64,000 nucleotides of DNA from Elsinoe ampelina (taxonomy: Eukaryota), in contig ML992512.1 of the NCBI GenBank assembly GCA_010093995.1, positions 637,319-701,318 on the forward strand, read 5' to 3'. The notes beneath the pieces are model-generated. The model saw only the letters and a program-made list of their open reading frames with translations, was not told the origin of the DNA and searched no databases. The first letter of the stretch is position 1. Every line of letters begins with the position of its first letter. A program made the translations under genes and the position numbers. Positions 1 through 12,656 of this stretch are shown piece after piece.

Positions 1-2889
1 GATTACGGTCCGGGTCGATGTCTCCGATGTGGTGAATGATGAGATGTCCGAGACAGATGTCGGTGTCGATTCTGTTTCCGCCATGAAAGTCTCGGTAGAA
101 GCAGAGCTGCTCACTAAATCCTCGGACAGCGAGCTCAACATGCTCATGCCACTGGATGGCATGCTGGTAGAAGCGTCTGTCGAGCTATCGTTGGAGCTGT
201 CAGACACCCTACTGGAGACGTCGCTCAGGTAGATACTGGCGGGGGTACTTGATGAGTCCATAAAAGTCACGATGAATACATCGCTAGAGATCATCTCCCA
301 AGTCCCCGTCGTGGGGCTCGGTAGACTGCTGATGGAGGTGGGGACGAGGCTGGGCTCTGTTGTTCCAGGGAATGTTGCAAGCGAGAAAGCACTCGGGGTT
401 GCCTTTGTGAATGTCATGCTTGCCGGGGTAAGCATCGAAGGGCCAGACGCAGTATTAGAGAATCTGTCGTCGGAGCTGCCAGGCAGAGAGGGTGATGTAA
501 GCGTTGCAGGAGGCGAGACAGTGTCAGACATGCTATAAGAAGCGAGCGTGATGGTCGCCGAGAGAAGATCGGTAGAGGATGAGACCTCAGTCACTGTCTC
601 GAGTGAAGGTACTGGAGATAGCAATGAAAAAGAACTTTGGGCGAGAGATGAAAGATCTCGAGAAGAGAATGGCACTGTCGTAGTCGTGCTGGTCGTGCCA
701 ATGAAGGAAGGTAGTACCGATGTATCGGTACTACTGGCAAGATAGCCAGATCGAGGGCCTGATGTTATGATAACAGGTACGCTGATGTCGCTGTTGGACT
801 CACTCGTCGAGGTTGACTCAACGGATGAGGTCGCCCTTACTATGGCGCTTGCAGTCACGGACACTGGAAGCGGGTCGTAGGCAGACGAACCGGAACCGGG
901 CGAGGTGGACCCCAGGTCCATTATAGAAGTCGATTGATTAGCCAGCGACGAATTCAGACTAGAAGAAGAATTGTTCGACGAGACCGTCAGAGACTGGTAG
1001 AGGAACGGATCCTTTGAAGAAGTAGAAGCCGAGCTCCGGGACGAGCTGGGAGATGTACTATTATATATGTTCGTCAGAAGACCAGGTGAAGAAACAGCTG
1101 CATCCATGGATGACAACAAGAATATCGAGCTTGCCAGTGAGCTAGACGCTGAGCTTATGCTGGAGCCTGGGGTTGCACTCTCGATACTCGACGACAATGA
1201 CGAGCTACCGAAGAATGGATCTGCCACGCTTGATGAACTCGACGGAAAGAACTCCTCGCTAGACGCAGGAGTGCTCGGCAAAGAGCTGTTGGTATCTGGC
1301 GTTTCAATCCCCGAAGATGTTGCCGTATCAAGCGGTGATGCGTATGGCAAGCCCGAGAATATGACAGCGCTGGACGAATCCAAGGACAACGAGGAAGATG
1401 AGGCAATGGAGTACTCGGTTCCTGGCAGCGCTGTGGCAGTGATCGTTGGTGGGAGCGAAGTCGAAGAAGTCATCAAGCGAGATGATTCTAGAGTGGTCCT
1501 TGGTGCTATTGTCGACGCAGGGCTTGTCGACGCCAGGCTAGTGGTGGTGAATGATAAATCCGACGACGTGGTCAATTGCGTGTCCGATTCCAAAGGAAGC
1601 GGTCCAGAAGATGGGTTTGGAGACGAGAGTGATGATGAGTAGAGACTCCTCGGAGACAGTATCGATTTACTTTGACTGCTTCCATCGCGGGCTGCTGTAG
1701 AGGTCAAATTGGAGAGGAGACCTTCGGAGGTTGGGCTCATTTCTGAACGAGATGGAGAATTCGAGACAGACATGGATTGGATTCTGCTAGTCACTGGCGT
1801 AGCAGGTTGGGCGGACTGACTATTGCCGGGAGTTTCTTGAACGTTGCTGCTTGCCACAGAAATGGACTCCGAGGGAGCTGGCAGAAGTACCGGTATCTCT
1901 GTGGTCGAGATGGGCTGCAAAATCGTTGGCGTCATCGGGGCAAGTGAAACGGTTTGAGGTTCATCGAGCAAGGGAGTCGAGGACGATGAGCTGGTGGGTG
2001 GCAAATGGAGACTGTCGGTATGTTTGTTCGAGGACTGATGCGGATCACCCGAGGCAGCCGTGCTCGGAGCAGGGAATGTAAAAGCAGTAGATAAGGCGAT
2101 CAAGGATGAAGGAGAACTATCGGTAGACTGCGAATTAAGGAACTCGGAGGACAGAAGCGTTGATGGATAGCTCGTCTGCGGCGATGGCGCTTTGGTTAAG
2201 GAGGGGTTTGGCACTTCTGTCGACCTCGTGACCACGGAGGAATCAGGAGTGGCATACCGCGAGGTGGTCGTCGACGATATGAGTCCATTACGTCCGCTTG
2301 GATTGGATGCACTGCTATCAATAGTCCCTCCAATGCTTACAGACAGGGGTGCGTCGCTACCTGTGCCGATAATCGGGCTCGTAAGAGCAGCTGTAGTAAG
2401 CGTAATGCTTGTGTAAGGGTCTGATACTCGTGTAGAAGATCCTTCTCCATGCGCTGGTGTTGAGGATGGCTCGAGTAACGTTGGCACAGTGGTAGAAACC
2501 TGCAATGATGTGAGGAGTGGTAATGTCGAGTCAGTCTGTAGCGATGCGCTCGAAACAAACGATGGTGTGAAAAAGCTAGAGCTTGTGAGGGTGGGCAATG
2601 TGTCCGGCTCTTCTGCGACTGGCTGCGAACTCTCTTCACTTGTTGATCCACTTATGAAATCTATGTCCGACGTCGTCGTCGATGGAGTCGTTAGGGTTGT
2701 GTCATCAGGCTCAGCCGTGCCTGTCAAGGTGATGTAGACTGTGACAAGAGGAGGACCACAGATCCAACCTGACACGATCAGCTGTTAGCACTCAGATGCA
2801 CAGTTTCGTCACCTGCTCGACGATGTTGCCTGACCACGGGCGGTCCCACTCAAGACGAATACCCCAAAGAGCAGCACACGCGATCGCAT
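1..2889 (-). CDS. Large secreted Ser/Thr-rich mucin-like protein, >940 aa, 3' end beyond the window edge
   Basis: ATG at 2889 gives signal-like MRSRVLLFGVFVLSGTARG. Proposed intron 2769-2834 (GTCAGG...GCTAAC...CAG). Exon 2 (WICGPPLVTVYITLTGTAEPDDTTLTTPSTTT...) is S/T/P-rich and was open wherever I spot-checked down to base 1. It is absent from the ORF track, consistent with no stop in the window. Confidence 0.75.
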
Positions 2890-3360
2890 ACCCACGGTGA
2901 GTCCCGTAAGAAAACATGAGTCGACTGCATATACATTTGCTGCCCATGAAATTTACACATTGCGACCACGGTAACCTAGAATTCCTCGCCAAATGTACTT
3001 CGACCCCCCAGACTTGTGAATTTTGACTTGTGCACAGATAAGATCGGCCTGACGTGGGATTGCATTCGAAGCCTGACCTATGCGGAGCGTTCGATGTGCG
3101 TGGTGCGACCCCCTGTCGACCATCGTGCGAGCAGAGCCAATCATGCTGAGTGCAGTGAGTGTTTGCACTAGCAGGCAAAGCGGCTTCATTCCTTTCGTAT
3201 ACTTCATATGGGTTCGTTACTGCTAGCCGGGGTAGGTGCAGTCCAGCAACAGCCTCGTATAGTCGCTGTTCAAGCTTTCTCCCGAGCAAGCAAGGGAAAC
3301 GCCTGGAGGCGTTCGTGGGCGTCACTAGCGTCTGGCTTACATGCTTGTCTCCAGTCCCAT

Positions 3361-4284
3361 TCATTCCAGAATATGTTTGGCGACGTTGTGGAAAAGTGGA
3401 TGCAGTGAGCAGAATTTGTACTTCAAAGCAAGGGACGCATCATCGGTGAGTGTGGCCACGCTTGCCGACGACGCCATATCTTGTCCAGCAACGACTGTGC
3501 CCTGAGGATATTGCGGTATTGTCCCTTCCTCTATCAGTGCAGTGAATGCAGGGTCGATGGGGACGCTGCCAAGGAAGTCGATGTCGAATTCTTGTGCCAT
3601 GATCTGGCCACCACCTTTGGAGAAGACGTTCGTACATTCTGCGCAATTGGGGCAGACAAAACCAGCCATGTTTTCCACAACACCAATGATGTCAACACCT
3701 GTCTTTCTGCAGAAATTAATCTCCTTTTTGACGTCCGAGATGGAAATGGCTTGTGGTGTTGTCACAATCACGGCGCCGGCCATTTGGTCCGGGGCGGCCT
3801 GTTGCAGCAGGGTCTCGACCAGAGATATGTGCTCGTCGGATGTGCCTGGTGGAGTATCGATAAGCAGGAAATCCAGTTTGCCCCAAAGCACATCGGTCAG
3901 AAATTGTCTGATCATTGCGGTCTTCTTTGGACCTCGCCAGACCACAGCGTCCCCTTTCGTGCCTAAGAGAAACCCCAGTGACATGCAGTGGAGCGAGCCG
4001 GTCTGGACATGAGAGGCTCCATTTGAGGCATTTGCCCCGTTTCCGGCATTTCCTGATTCCACGACAGGTACAGGCAGCCATCCACCAGGTGCTTGACGAA
4101 CCTTGGATGTCTCGATCCCCAAGAACCGAGGCATAGACGGGCCAGTCAAGTCTACATCCAGGACCCCAACCGATTTACCTTCCAGACATAACGATAGTGC
4201 TAGCTGTGTGGTGACACTAGATTTGCCGACCCCTCCCTTGCCTGAGAGTACGAGGACTATCTTGTTGACTCCAGATAGTGACAT
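3361..4284 (-). CDS. CFD1: Cytosolic Fe-S cluster assembly P-loop NTPase Cfd1 (Mrp/NBP35 family)
   Basis: Motifs [44 protein letters not shown]. It lacks the N-terminal ferredoxin-like cysteine cluster of Nbp35. Confidence 0.92.
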   Translation of the reverse strand: MSLSGVNKIVLVLSGKGGVGKSSVTTQLALSLCLEGKSVGVLDVDLTGPSMPRFLGIETSKVRQAPGGWLPVPVVESGNAGNGANASNGASHVQTGSLHCMSLGFLLGTKGDAVVWRGPKKTAMIRQFLTDVLWGKLDFLLIDTPPGTSDEHISLVETLLQQAAPDQMAGAVIVTTPQAISISDVKKEINFCRKTGVDIIGVVENMAGFVCPNCAECTNVFSKGGGQIMAQEFDIDFLGSVPIDPAFTALIEEGTIPQYPQGTVVAGQDMASSASVATLTDDASLALKYKFCSLHPLFHNVAKHILE

Positions 4285-4601
4285 CCTGACAGCAGAGGCA
4301 CAAGTATCGTCCTTTCTGATATTGTGGCTGGTTTCCTGAAGGCGTTATGGACAGGCTATCATTGTGAGAGTATAGATTAGATGGAAAGAGAAGACTTTGT
4401 CACAGTGGATTATCAATCATGAACAAACCTCGATAGCCGCCACAGCCGCGAAGCGACGTCGGACGCGCCAAGGACGGTGGTGTCGGTCGCAAATTTTTGC
4501 TTTTCGAGAACCATCAACCGTGACCATCGCAGCAAGGCCGAAGTGCAGATCGAACGACCACATTGTATCATAACGCACATTCAGTCGGTAGAATAATCGC
4601 G

Positions 4602-5302
4602 ATGGCGATGCCCATGGGTGGTGGGTTGATGGGCGGCCGTCCTGGTCTTTCGGCAGAGGACCTTCAGCAACAACAGATTCAGAAATACGTAAGGCTTTTC
4701 CATTCATTTGTGGCCAGGGAATGCTAAACATTATGTGACAGATAGCCATGGGTGCTGAATCATGCGCCTTCAAAACCGGCATGTCTGGCGTCGTGGGATT
4801 TGGTATCGGTGGAGCATTTGGACTGTTCATGTCGAGTGTATGTCACGATGCTTGGCATATCGGCATGCCATGACTATACTGACATCTGATCACAGATGCG
4901 GTACGATACACCGATGACGCCTCAAGGTCAAGAGATCTCCAAACTGCCTGTCAGAGATCAGATTCGGCAAGGCTTCAAAGAAATGGGTAAGGCTAGTTGG
5001 AGTTCTGCCAAAAACTTCAGCAAAGTCGCTTTCTTCTACACCGGCATCGAGTGCGGTATCGAAGGTGTACGTTGTCCATTGCGTAGAATGGATGACCAAT
5101 CTGACTCAACTCACAGTTACGAGGCAAGAATGAAATGGAGAATAACGTCATCGCTGGCTGTATCACTGGAGCCATTCTTGCCAGGAACGCGGGACCGCAA
5201 GCCATGGCTGTAGGAGCTGCTGGTTTTGGTGCGTTTGGCGCTGCGATTGAGTGGTACCTGCGGATGGACTCGTACGATGCTTCGAAGGATCCCATTACCT
5301 GA
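4602..5302 (+). CDS. TIM22: Mitochondrial inner membrane translocase Tim22; 4 exons (introns 4689-4741, 4838-4895, 5067-5116)
   Basis: Spliced product contains [51 protein letters not shown] and [10 protein letters not shown]. All exon lengths keep frame. Confidence 0.9.
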
Positions 5303-5776
5303 GCGAAGGAGGTGACTACGAATACGACCAATCTCAACTCTCAACGTCAAGGCACCATTCGCACGGCTGGCTCCGTGCAGGCGCTACGGAACTGAGCGCA
5401 GGCCCTGAAAACTTCGCCGCAGCACGATTCCCTGGTCTCAATGGAGGCGCGAGGGAGCAGTGTACCAACCACACTGGCGAGGCTCGACAATTGATGCAGG
5501 ACTGATCACCACTTGGATTCTCGGTCACAGGCTATTCATCGAGTGGCGCTGCCCATCAGATTGTACACGAATGATAGAGAAATGGACCACGGGGTACCGA
5601 ACGGACGGTTCAAGACGATCTTGGCCAAGACGATGGGATAGATTGAGCATCCGCGCGGCCGGAACTCCTTGCATACAAAGCATGTACTGTAACTGTAAAA
5701 CAAGCTTTAATTACCCTACCCAAGCCTCTATTCGAGATGATGCGGCTGCTGTCTCTGCTCCATCTCAATTTGCCAT

Positions 5777-5818
5777 GTGGGGAAGTGGAGGCAGACTTAA
5801 TCTGGGGGTCCGGCTAAA
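5777..5818 (+). promoter_or_regulatory. Cluster of CreA-type (SYGGRG) sites and an XlnR-type (GGCTAAA) site upstream of the xylanase
   Basis: GTGGGG 5777-5782, GTGGAG 5785-5790, CTGGGG 5802-5807, GGCTAAA 5812-5818. TATA-like ATATATAAA at 6121-6129. Confidence 0.55.
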
Positions 5819-6210
5819 TGTGATTTGATTTATCCAGGAGATCACCTTCTCTTCTTCAACTTGCAACCACTTCGCCCTGAAAATATCTGCCCTCATCATA
5901 TGGCGGTTATTTACCGTCGATCAACCCTGTCTTGCTTGTCTTGACTTGGAATGATGCCGACCCATCCGCCCACATCAACCGCGGTACCTGTTCAAGCATT
6001 GATAAGCCTTTACCCTGCGCCCGGCTATATGCGATGTGGAATTTCTTGTATTGCTTGTCGTCCGGCAGATGGGGTGGCGCAAGATGTACGAGTATGCTCC
6101 TCTTGTCCGCTGAAAGGTTGATATATAAAGCTTGACAGTAATCTGCAATCCGGTAGGTCCAATAAACTATACTTGACATTCAAGCAACATCCACTTCGAA
6201 TACCACCATC

Positions 6211-7355
6211 ATGTTCAAGCTCTTCACATACTCTCTGCTAGCCAGTGCGCCACTGGTAACCGATGCTCTACCGAACCAAGATCGCCACGGTCAGAAAGGT
6301 CTTGATCAATTATCGAAGAAGACCGGCAAGCTGTACTTCGGTACTGCTGCGGATATCCCAGGGACCGGCGAATTGCAAGATCAGTACTACATGCAACAGT
6401 ACAACAACACCAAAGACTTCGGCCAGACTACTCCTGCAAATGCTATGAAGGTGAGAACATATAGCAAGCTCAATGAGTTGTCAACTAACCATGAATCCAG
6501 TGGATGTTCACCGAGCCTCAACAAAACGTCTTCAATTTCACCGACGGCGATCTCTTCGTCTCTCTCGCAAAGTCCAATAAGAAGATCCTGCGATGCCATG
6601 CTCTTGTCTGGCATCAACAGGCTCCGGAATGGGTGACCAACACCAATTGGACAAAGCCCGCGCTGCTCGCAGCTATCGACAACCACGTCCGCAAGACACT
6701 GGCCCACTTTGGAGACAACTGCTACGCTTGGGATGTGGTCAACGAGGCCCTTGACGAGGATGGTACCTACCGCAAGTCTCTCTATTACAACGTCACCGGC
6801 ACCGACTACATTGCCACTGCCTTCCGTGCCGCACAGGAGACCGTGAAGCGGCACAAGCTCAAGGTCAAGCTTTACTACAATGATTACAACATCGAGACTC
6901 CCGGCAACAAGTCGTCTGCCGCAGCTCAAATCGTCAAGAACCTCAAGGCACAAGGCATCAAGGTAAACGGTGTCGGACTCCAGAGCCATTTCACCGTCGG
7001 CGGAACACCAAGCACCGCCACACAGAAGACTAACATGGAGAGCTTCACAAAGCTCGGCGTTGAGGTCGCCATCACCGAGCTCGATATCAGAACTACCACT
7101 CCTGTCACCGAAGCAGCCAAGCAGCAGCAGGTCTTGGATTATGCCAACACAACTGCAGCCTGCACCCAGGTCGACAAGTGTGTTGGCATCACACTGTGGG
7201 ACTTTGTGGATACCTACAGCTGGATTCCAAGCACTTTCCCTGGCCAAGGATATGGATCGCCATGGTTCCAGGAGGCTGGCGAGAAGACGCCGCTGACAAG
7301 GAAGATCGCCTATGATGGTATTGTCACTGGCTTGACGATGGGCAAGAAGCAGTAG
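6211..7355 (+). CDS. Secreted GH10 endo-1,4-beta-xylanase; intron 6451-6500
   Basis: Signal peptide, TPANAMKW across the splice, CHALVWH, WDVVNE (acid/base), YNDYN, GLQSH, ITELD (nucleophile). Confidence 0.93.
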
Positions 7356-8566
7356 ACACAGACAGTCGCTCTGGTGGTAATGAAATAGAATGTACACGAT
7401 GTTTGAATAAATACTTTGGGAACAATGATGTGACGGAGGGAGCATGCGGAATTAGAGCTTGGAAAGGTGAATGATTATATTTCCGTCTTTTTTCTCTATC
7501 CTCTTTCTTTCACCTCACTCTCTTCTGCGTCGCCTCACCCCCTTCTCTTCCACTCACATTTCCATATTCACATGGTGTACGTCTGGGCCTGTCACCCTCA
7601 CTGCCCAGACACTGCTGAATCTTCCCAGTACTGAAATAGCATAGCGGACATCGGCTCAGCGGACGCAATGTTATCGATTCACTAGCAACTGCGCCTCATC
7701 AATAAGGCCACCGCCTCTCACCGGACGAACTTCTCATCTCTCGCCAGTCTTCACCACGGTGGAATCACCACTATCAGCGACCATCCAGTCCATTCTCACC
7801 AAGAGTCGCCACTTTCACACGAAGCCATGGAGACCATCAAGCTGTGGGACTGTCGCTGGCGGCTGGCCAGGATGACTGCGTGACTCAGTGAGAGATGTTA
7901 GCAAAGTAGAGCAGCGACACAGCGAAGTTGGTCGACCATTCTTCGTTCTCGCGGTACAAAGAAATACTCCATGGTCTCGCGGACAATGGAAACCAGGATG
8001 TTCTACCAGGGCCTGCAAAGAACGGCGTGGACAGTCGCAGCGGAGCATTGGGACAGAAGCTGTCCAGGATGGCAAATGCAGAAGTCTCCTCACTTGGTGA
8101 TTACCGGATGGATAGAAGTTCTTTGAAATTGAAATCTCATTCACCTCCTCCATGCTTGGTATACATCCCCCATGTAAAACGCCGACGCTGAATACCGAAA
8201 CCCCAACGTCGGCAACAAAGTAAACTTTTGTACTTGTACTTTTCTCCTCATGCCATGCTTCATGTCCATCCCTAACGCCTACCCTCCATGCAAGTGTTCG
8301 TCACCGATGCATGCGGGTGATGCTTTTGTGGCGTGCTTTTCCGCCCCGATAAAATCCGAGAATTTGTTTTCCGCGTTTTCTTATTCCCGAGCCGTGGTTG
8401 TTATGCGCAGCAGTTGTGGCGATGGGGTTTTGGGTGTCGTTGGGCCTACTGGGATTTCGTCGGTGTGGGGTATCCTTTCAGATTCTTGAAGGATGCCCGA
8501 GCGATCGCCTCGGACCGGATCTGATGTGGTTCCATTCCAGTACCACGTCCGGAGTCAAGTCCGCAC

Positions 8567-9763
8567 CTAGCAGCTCCCGACGAAAAAGTTGCCCAACCCG
8601 CCCTCGGGATGTGCGCTTGGGGTCCTGGTTCCGGAGACATGGACAGGCGTACGTCCGGGCGCGGGACTGTTGGTGCTGCCGTCATCTAAATCGTCGTCGG
8701 CGTATCCGTTGGCGTCTGTGTCGCCATCTTCGTCCATCTCGTCCATCCACGTGAGGCCATTCGCGCTTTCTTCGACTGGGAATACTTCGCGCGCGTACTC
8801 TTCGATGCCCCTGTAGCCTTCCCAAAGTGATCGTGCTTCGTTGGGGTATTCGTACTGTGGGCCGAAGTAGGGGGCGCGCTTGTCGCCAAGAACTTCCTGG
8901 AGGATTTCGAGGTGCTCCCGATAGCCGGATGGGATGTTGACTGCGATCTTGATGGGGCCGTGGATGTATCGAACTGGCCTTCCAACCCCTCTCGAGAACT
9001 TCTTGCAGACTTGAAGAGGCGTGAGGCGCTCGAAGGCGAGAATGACTCTGTGACGCGTTAGTACATGCTTTGGAGGTTGACACGTCTTGGTACCGTACCT
9101 TTGACCCTTCCATGCCTTTGGACCCATCTTGAATATTTGTAACAAGGCAGGTCCAACATCATGCTCGGCGTCTAACCATGGCAGCGGATCATTGGGGTGG
9201 AACGGTGCCTGCCACGCGAAGCTGCCATCTGTCTGCAATTCCATCTGGAAGAGCGGGTATGGTAACGATGTGAAGTTGTTGTTGTAGATGCCAGTAATCA
9301 GGAAAGTGGACGGTATGCCAATCTGCCGTACGTAGTTCTCGACGGCAAATTTCTGCGCCCACAATGGAAGTGCTTTCCACTCAGGATCGTATATCGAGTG
9401 GTCTGGCATGGAAGAGTAGACATAATGTTGCACACCAGCTCGCTTGGCTGCATCCGCGCAAGCCTTGCCAATTGCCACCTCGTCTCCCCAGTGAGTCGTG
9501 TTGATGAATGCTACCTGCGCGCCTTGGAAGAGCTCGTTGAGGAATGGCACAAGCGTCTTCTTGTTCTGACAGAGATCGCCTTCGACGATCTCGACATTTG
9601 GAAGTTCCGCAAGTTCCTCAGCAACGACACCTTCTCGATTCCTGATCTGCGCGCGCACTCTCCATCCCACCGCTGAGGCTACACGAATGAAAGAAGCAGT
9701 CTGTCGGCCAGTCGAGTTGATGGTGACGACAGTCTTTTGAATTTGCGGCATCAGGAGCGGCAT
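8567..9763 (-). CDS. nmrA: Nitrogen metabolite repression regulator NmrA/NMR1; 51-nt intron 9048-9098
   Basis: TGRQTASFIRVASAVG, YSSMPDHS, GIYNNNFTSLPYPLFQMEL and LPWLDAEHDVGPALLQIFK match NmrA. Start at 9763 or the second ATG at 9751. Confidence 0.93.
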   Translation of the reverse strand: MPLLMPQIQKTVVTINSTGRQTASFIRVASAVGWRVRAQIRNREGVVAEELAELPNVEIVEGDLCQNKKTLVPFLNELFQGAQVAFINTTHWGDEVAIGKACADAAKRAGVQHYVYSSMPDHSIYDPEWKALPLWAQKFAVENYVRQIGIPSTFLITGIYNNNFTSLPYPLFQMELQTDGSFAWQAPFHPNDPLPWLDAEHDVGPALLQIFKMGPKAWKGQRYGTKTCQPPKHVLTRHRVILAFERLTPLQVCKKFSRGVGRPVRYIHGPIKIAVNIPSGYREHLEILQEVLGDKRAPYFGPQYEYPNEARSLWEGYRGIEEYAREVFPVEESANGLTWMDEMDEDGDTDANGYADDDLDDGSTNSPAPGRTPVHVSGTRTPSAHPEGGLGNFFVGSC

Positions 9764-11557
9764 GCCACTGTGTAAGTTGGCAGCTCAGATGCTTGCCTAA
9801 TAGCTGGATCTGAGCTTGCGAAGTGGAGAGCCGTCTGACGATGCAGATTTAGAGTCTCGACATGCGACAGTGATTCGAGTCTTTGTTGGAAGCCTTGAGA
9901 AGTGCTGGATCTGTTCAGTGAGAGACGAGAATCGATTCGTGAAACGAGAGTGGTGCAGATCAACAAGCTTTTATGCAATGCCAAGCTCGAGACGTCCAGC
10001 CAAACCCTGATGGAACGACAGGTGGTGGTCGCACAGAGAGTTTCGATGATTAATGGTGTCTGCCAGTGAGGGGGATGCGGGGAGGCTACTGCAGGTGGGT
10101 CGAGACGAAACGAGGCGGGTCGAAGAGGTGTAATAATGCGGACGGAGTAGGGAAGAGACTGAAATTTGACCGAGTGAGCGGTGCAAAAGTCCGGCGACGG
10201 CGCCGTTCGAAAGAAAATGGAAAGGCGTTGATATCAGAGGGCGAAAGCGCTGGACGATGGACGGTGAAGGTGGCGCCGGCAGCACGTTCCGACCCCAGCA
10301 GCGGCTCCGCGCGAGGTGTGGGGTTGAAGGACGATGACGGCGGGGAGTGATGACGAGAATCTGTTTCCTGTTGTATACCACCGTCGAGCAATCCGATGTG
10401 GTATATCTAATTCAGGGTGCAGGGCGTCGGGGCTGGGCGACGATGAGATGCAGCCACAAGTGCAGGTGCCAGGTTGATGAAAAAGATCAAAGTTTGCCTG
10501 AAAATGCGGAGGAGAAGTCCTGCAGGTTTTGCTTCCAGACAGGGCTGAAGACGCAAGGATTAACTAGGACGGTGAGCAGGACGATTGCGCGTGAAACGGA
10601 GAAAATGACCACATGGAAGAATTGTGCTTGAACCGTGTTGGCGGGAACGACCTCAGACATTGGCTGGGACCGGTGCACATGTTGCTGAGAGGCGATGTGT
10701 CAGAAGAACATGTCGCCGCCCAGTCAAAGAAGCCAAAGAAGCCGCTGGGAGCCCTCGGGCACGGCGCATGGGTGACATTGGTCGACGGCAGAGCACGCGG
10801 TGGACCAAGAGGCCCCGAAGAGGCCCCCCGGGACGTCTACTCGAGCGTTTGGACGCTCATTCGTTTACCTAATATTTCATCATCTTTCCCCTTCCAATGC
10901 TCATCTTTGGGCCAGTACCACGCACCAACGAGCAGAGTTTTTTCGAGTGAGGCCGGAGCTGTCCGCAACACGTGCAACCTTCCCAAATTTGCGAACTCCG
11001 CGTTGTGTCATGCCGAAACTGTGACGGTGTGTGAACTCCGATTCTCGACACGTGTTCCTCTTGTGGTCCCTGTGATGTCTGGCGCACGATCATGCGGCTC
11101 ACAATATGGCGTGCAGATTGCAGCGCTCTTCCGTCCTTGGCCTGCACCAAATGGACCCGGCCGCCGTTTAGCGTGACCCGTTCAGAGCAAGAAATGCGGG
11201 GTGAGATCAGTGGGATCATGATTGCCCTCAGGCTGTGATGCCATTCTTTGGCGATCGTGGGAGATGCATCTCCTCGGTACTTTTCGGCTGGTTGCACGCA
11301 GGTGGTGGCGCAACGCTTGTTCATCACTATTTTACATCCACCATGCGCCATGGCTGACACGAGCAACAATTCCACGAGGTCTGGCATTCCTCTATGTATT
11401 CTGCTGCTCGTCGCACCCCGCCGTCAACGAGCCTGCTTTGGCAAGAAAAGCGTCTCACAGGCTCCTTCCTCCCCACTCGCAAAAGTTTGAGTCCTCTCTA
11501 ACACTATCTCGGCTGAGTATTGACTTGATATACCTATAAATCCGTCAACACTGTAGT

Positions 11558-11627
11558 TATAAGCCTTAAATCAGGCTTATAGATAGTTCTAGTAGTTATT
11601 AGCTACGCCTATAACTACTAGATCTAT
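11558..11627. repeat. Two adjacent inverted repeats in a TpA-rich island
   Basis: TATAAGCCT (11558-11566) / AGGCTTATA (11573-11581) is perfect. ATAGTTCTAGTAGTTAT (11583-11599) / ATAACTACTAGATCTAT (11611-11627) is 16/17 complementary. Confidence 0.8.
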
Positions 11628-11737
11628 TAATCGAGTTCTCGTGTCGTGATAACAAGCTACACATTTCGAGTTACGGAAAAGGGACCCACACCTTTACGAG
11701 TGGAGAGGTTGGCCCCCCGGCTCGACGACCATCTGCA

Positions 11738-12656
11738 TCACGAATCATCAAGCTCCAGCCCATTGAAGTTCCTGACTACAGCTTTCACATCTTCGACACC
11801 CTGATCCCCGATATCGCGCAGCTTCTGTCGAGCATACCCAGGCCTTGCCTGTAGTTCGCCTTTACGGCTCTTGTTGGGATTCAACTTCCGCAGCCACTCG
11901 GCAGTATGATGAGCAAGAGCTATCATTTGGACCTCATCGTGCCCCGTAAGGACAAAGGCCACCTCGCTTGCGTACAAATCGAACGTCATGTCGCAATCTG
12001 GCTCTTGCACGCCATCAACAACCTTGATCACTGCTCGGACGAGTTCCTTGCGGAGCTTCTCACGAGCTTCATGCAAACGATCTGGCTTAGGTCAGCAAAG
12101 AATCTCGTATACAGACCACTTCCCACTCACAAAGGACCTCGATTGGGATATCACAAACCCCTTCGCTTGCCGCTTTGAAGAAACAACCCTCGTGGCCCAA
12201 CACAAGATTGGCGGTACACTTTCGAAAACTGTCGTCGTCTCCAAAGTGCCATGCCGTGGCGCACAATTGACACTCCTCGTCAAATCCCCAGACGTACTCC
12301 CACGTCGCGGCGAACCAGGAGGTCATGTAACTCTTCATGCTCTCGAGACATCCGTACTTGTCGCACAGCCGGGCGAACGCTGCCCCCTCGCTTGGCACCA
12401 TCAGGTCGGCCGCCGCGTGATAGTGCATGGCGAACAGCAAGATCTCCATCGAACGAGGATCGTCTTCTGGGAAGGAGACCGGCTTCGGTGCCCCGGTCGA
12501 TAGTCCCTGCCCCTCGGCGAAACGCTTGGAGAACATGGCTTGGAAGACGGGCGAGGCGTTGCTGAGAACAGCTGAGGAAACGAGGTAGCGTCTGGTGGGC
12601 TCTGGGCCGGCGGCGATGTAGACGTCGCCGTCCCGGAAGAGCGTGATGGTTTCCAT
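11738..12656 (-). CDS. Fungal BTB/POZ-domain protein; intron 12082-12130
   Basis: DGDVYI...YLVSSAVLSNASPVFQAMF...FPEDDP...LCDKYGC is a typical fungal BTB pattern. The GTGAGT...GCTGAC...CAG intron joins the two ORFs in frame. Confidence 0.8.

Noticed and set aside
8268..8290. Telomerase RNA template (CCCTAAC)
   Set aside because: Does not extend to 1.5 TTAGGG repeats, and no other TER features seen.
9751..9984. ORF ending in a TGATG overlap with the second nmrA ATG
   Set aside because: It begins at TTG and contains no ATG, so it is not a credible uORF.
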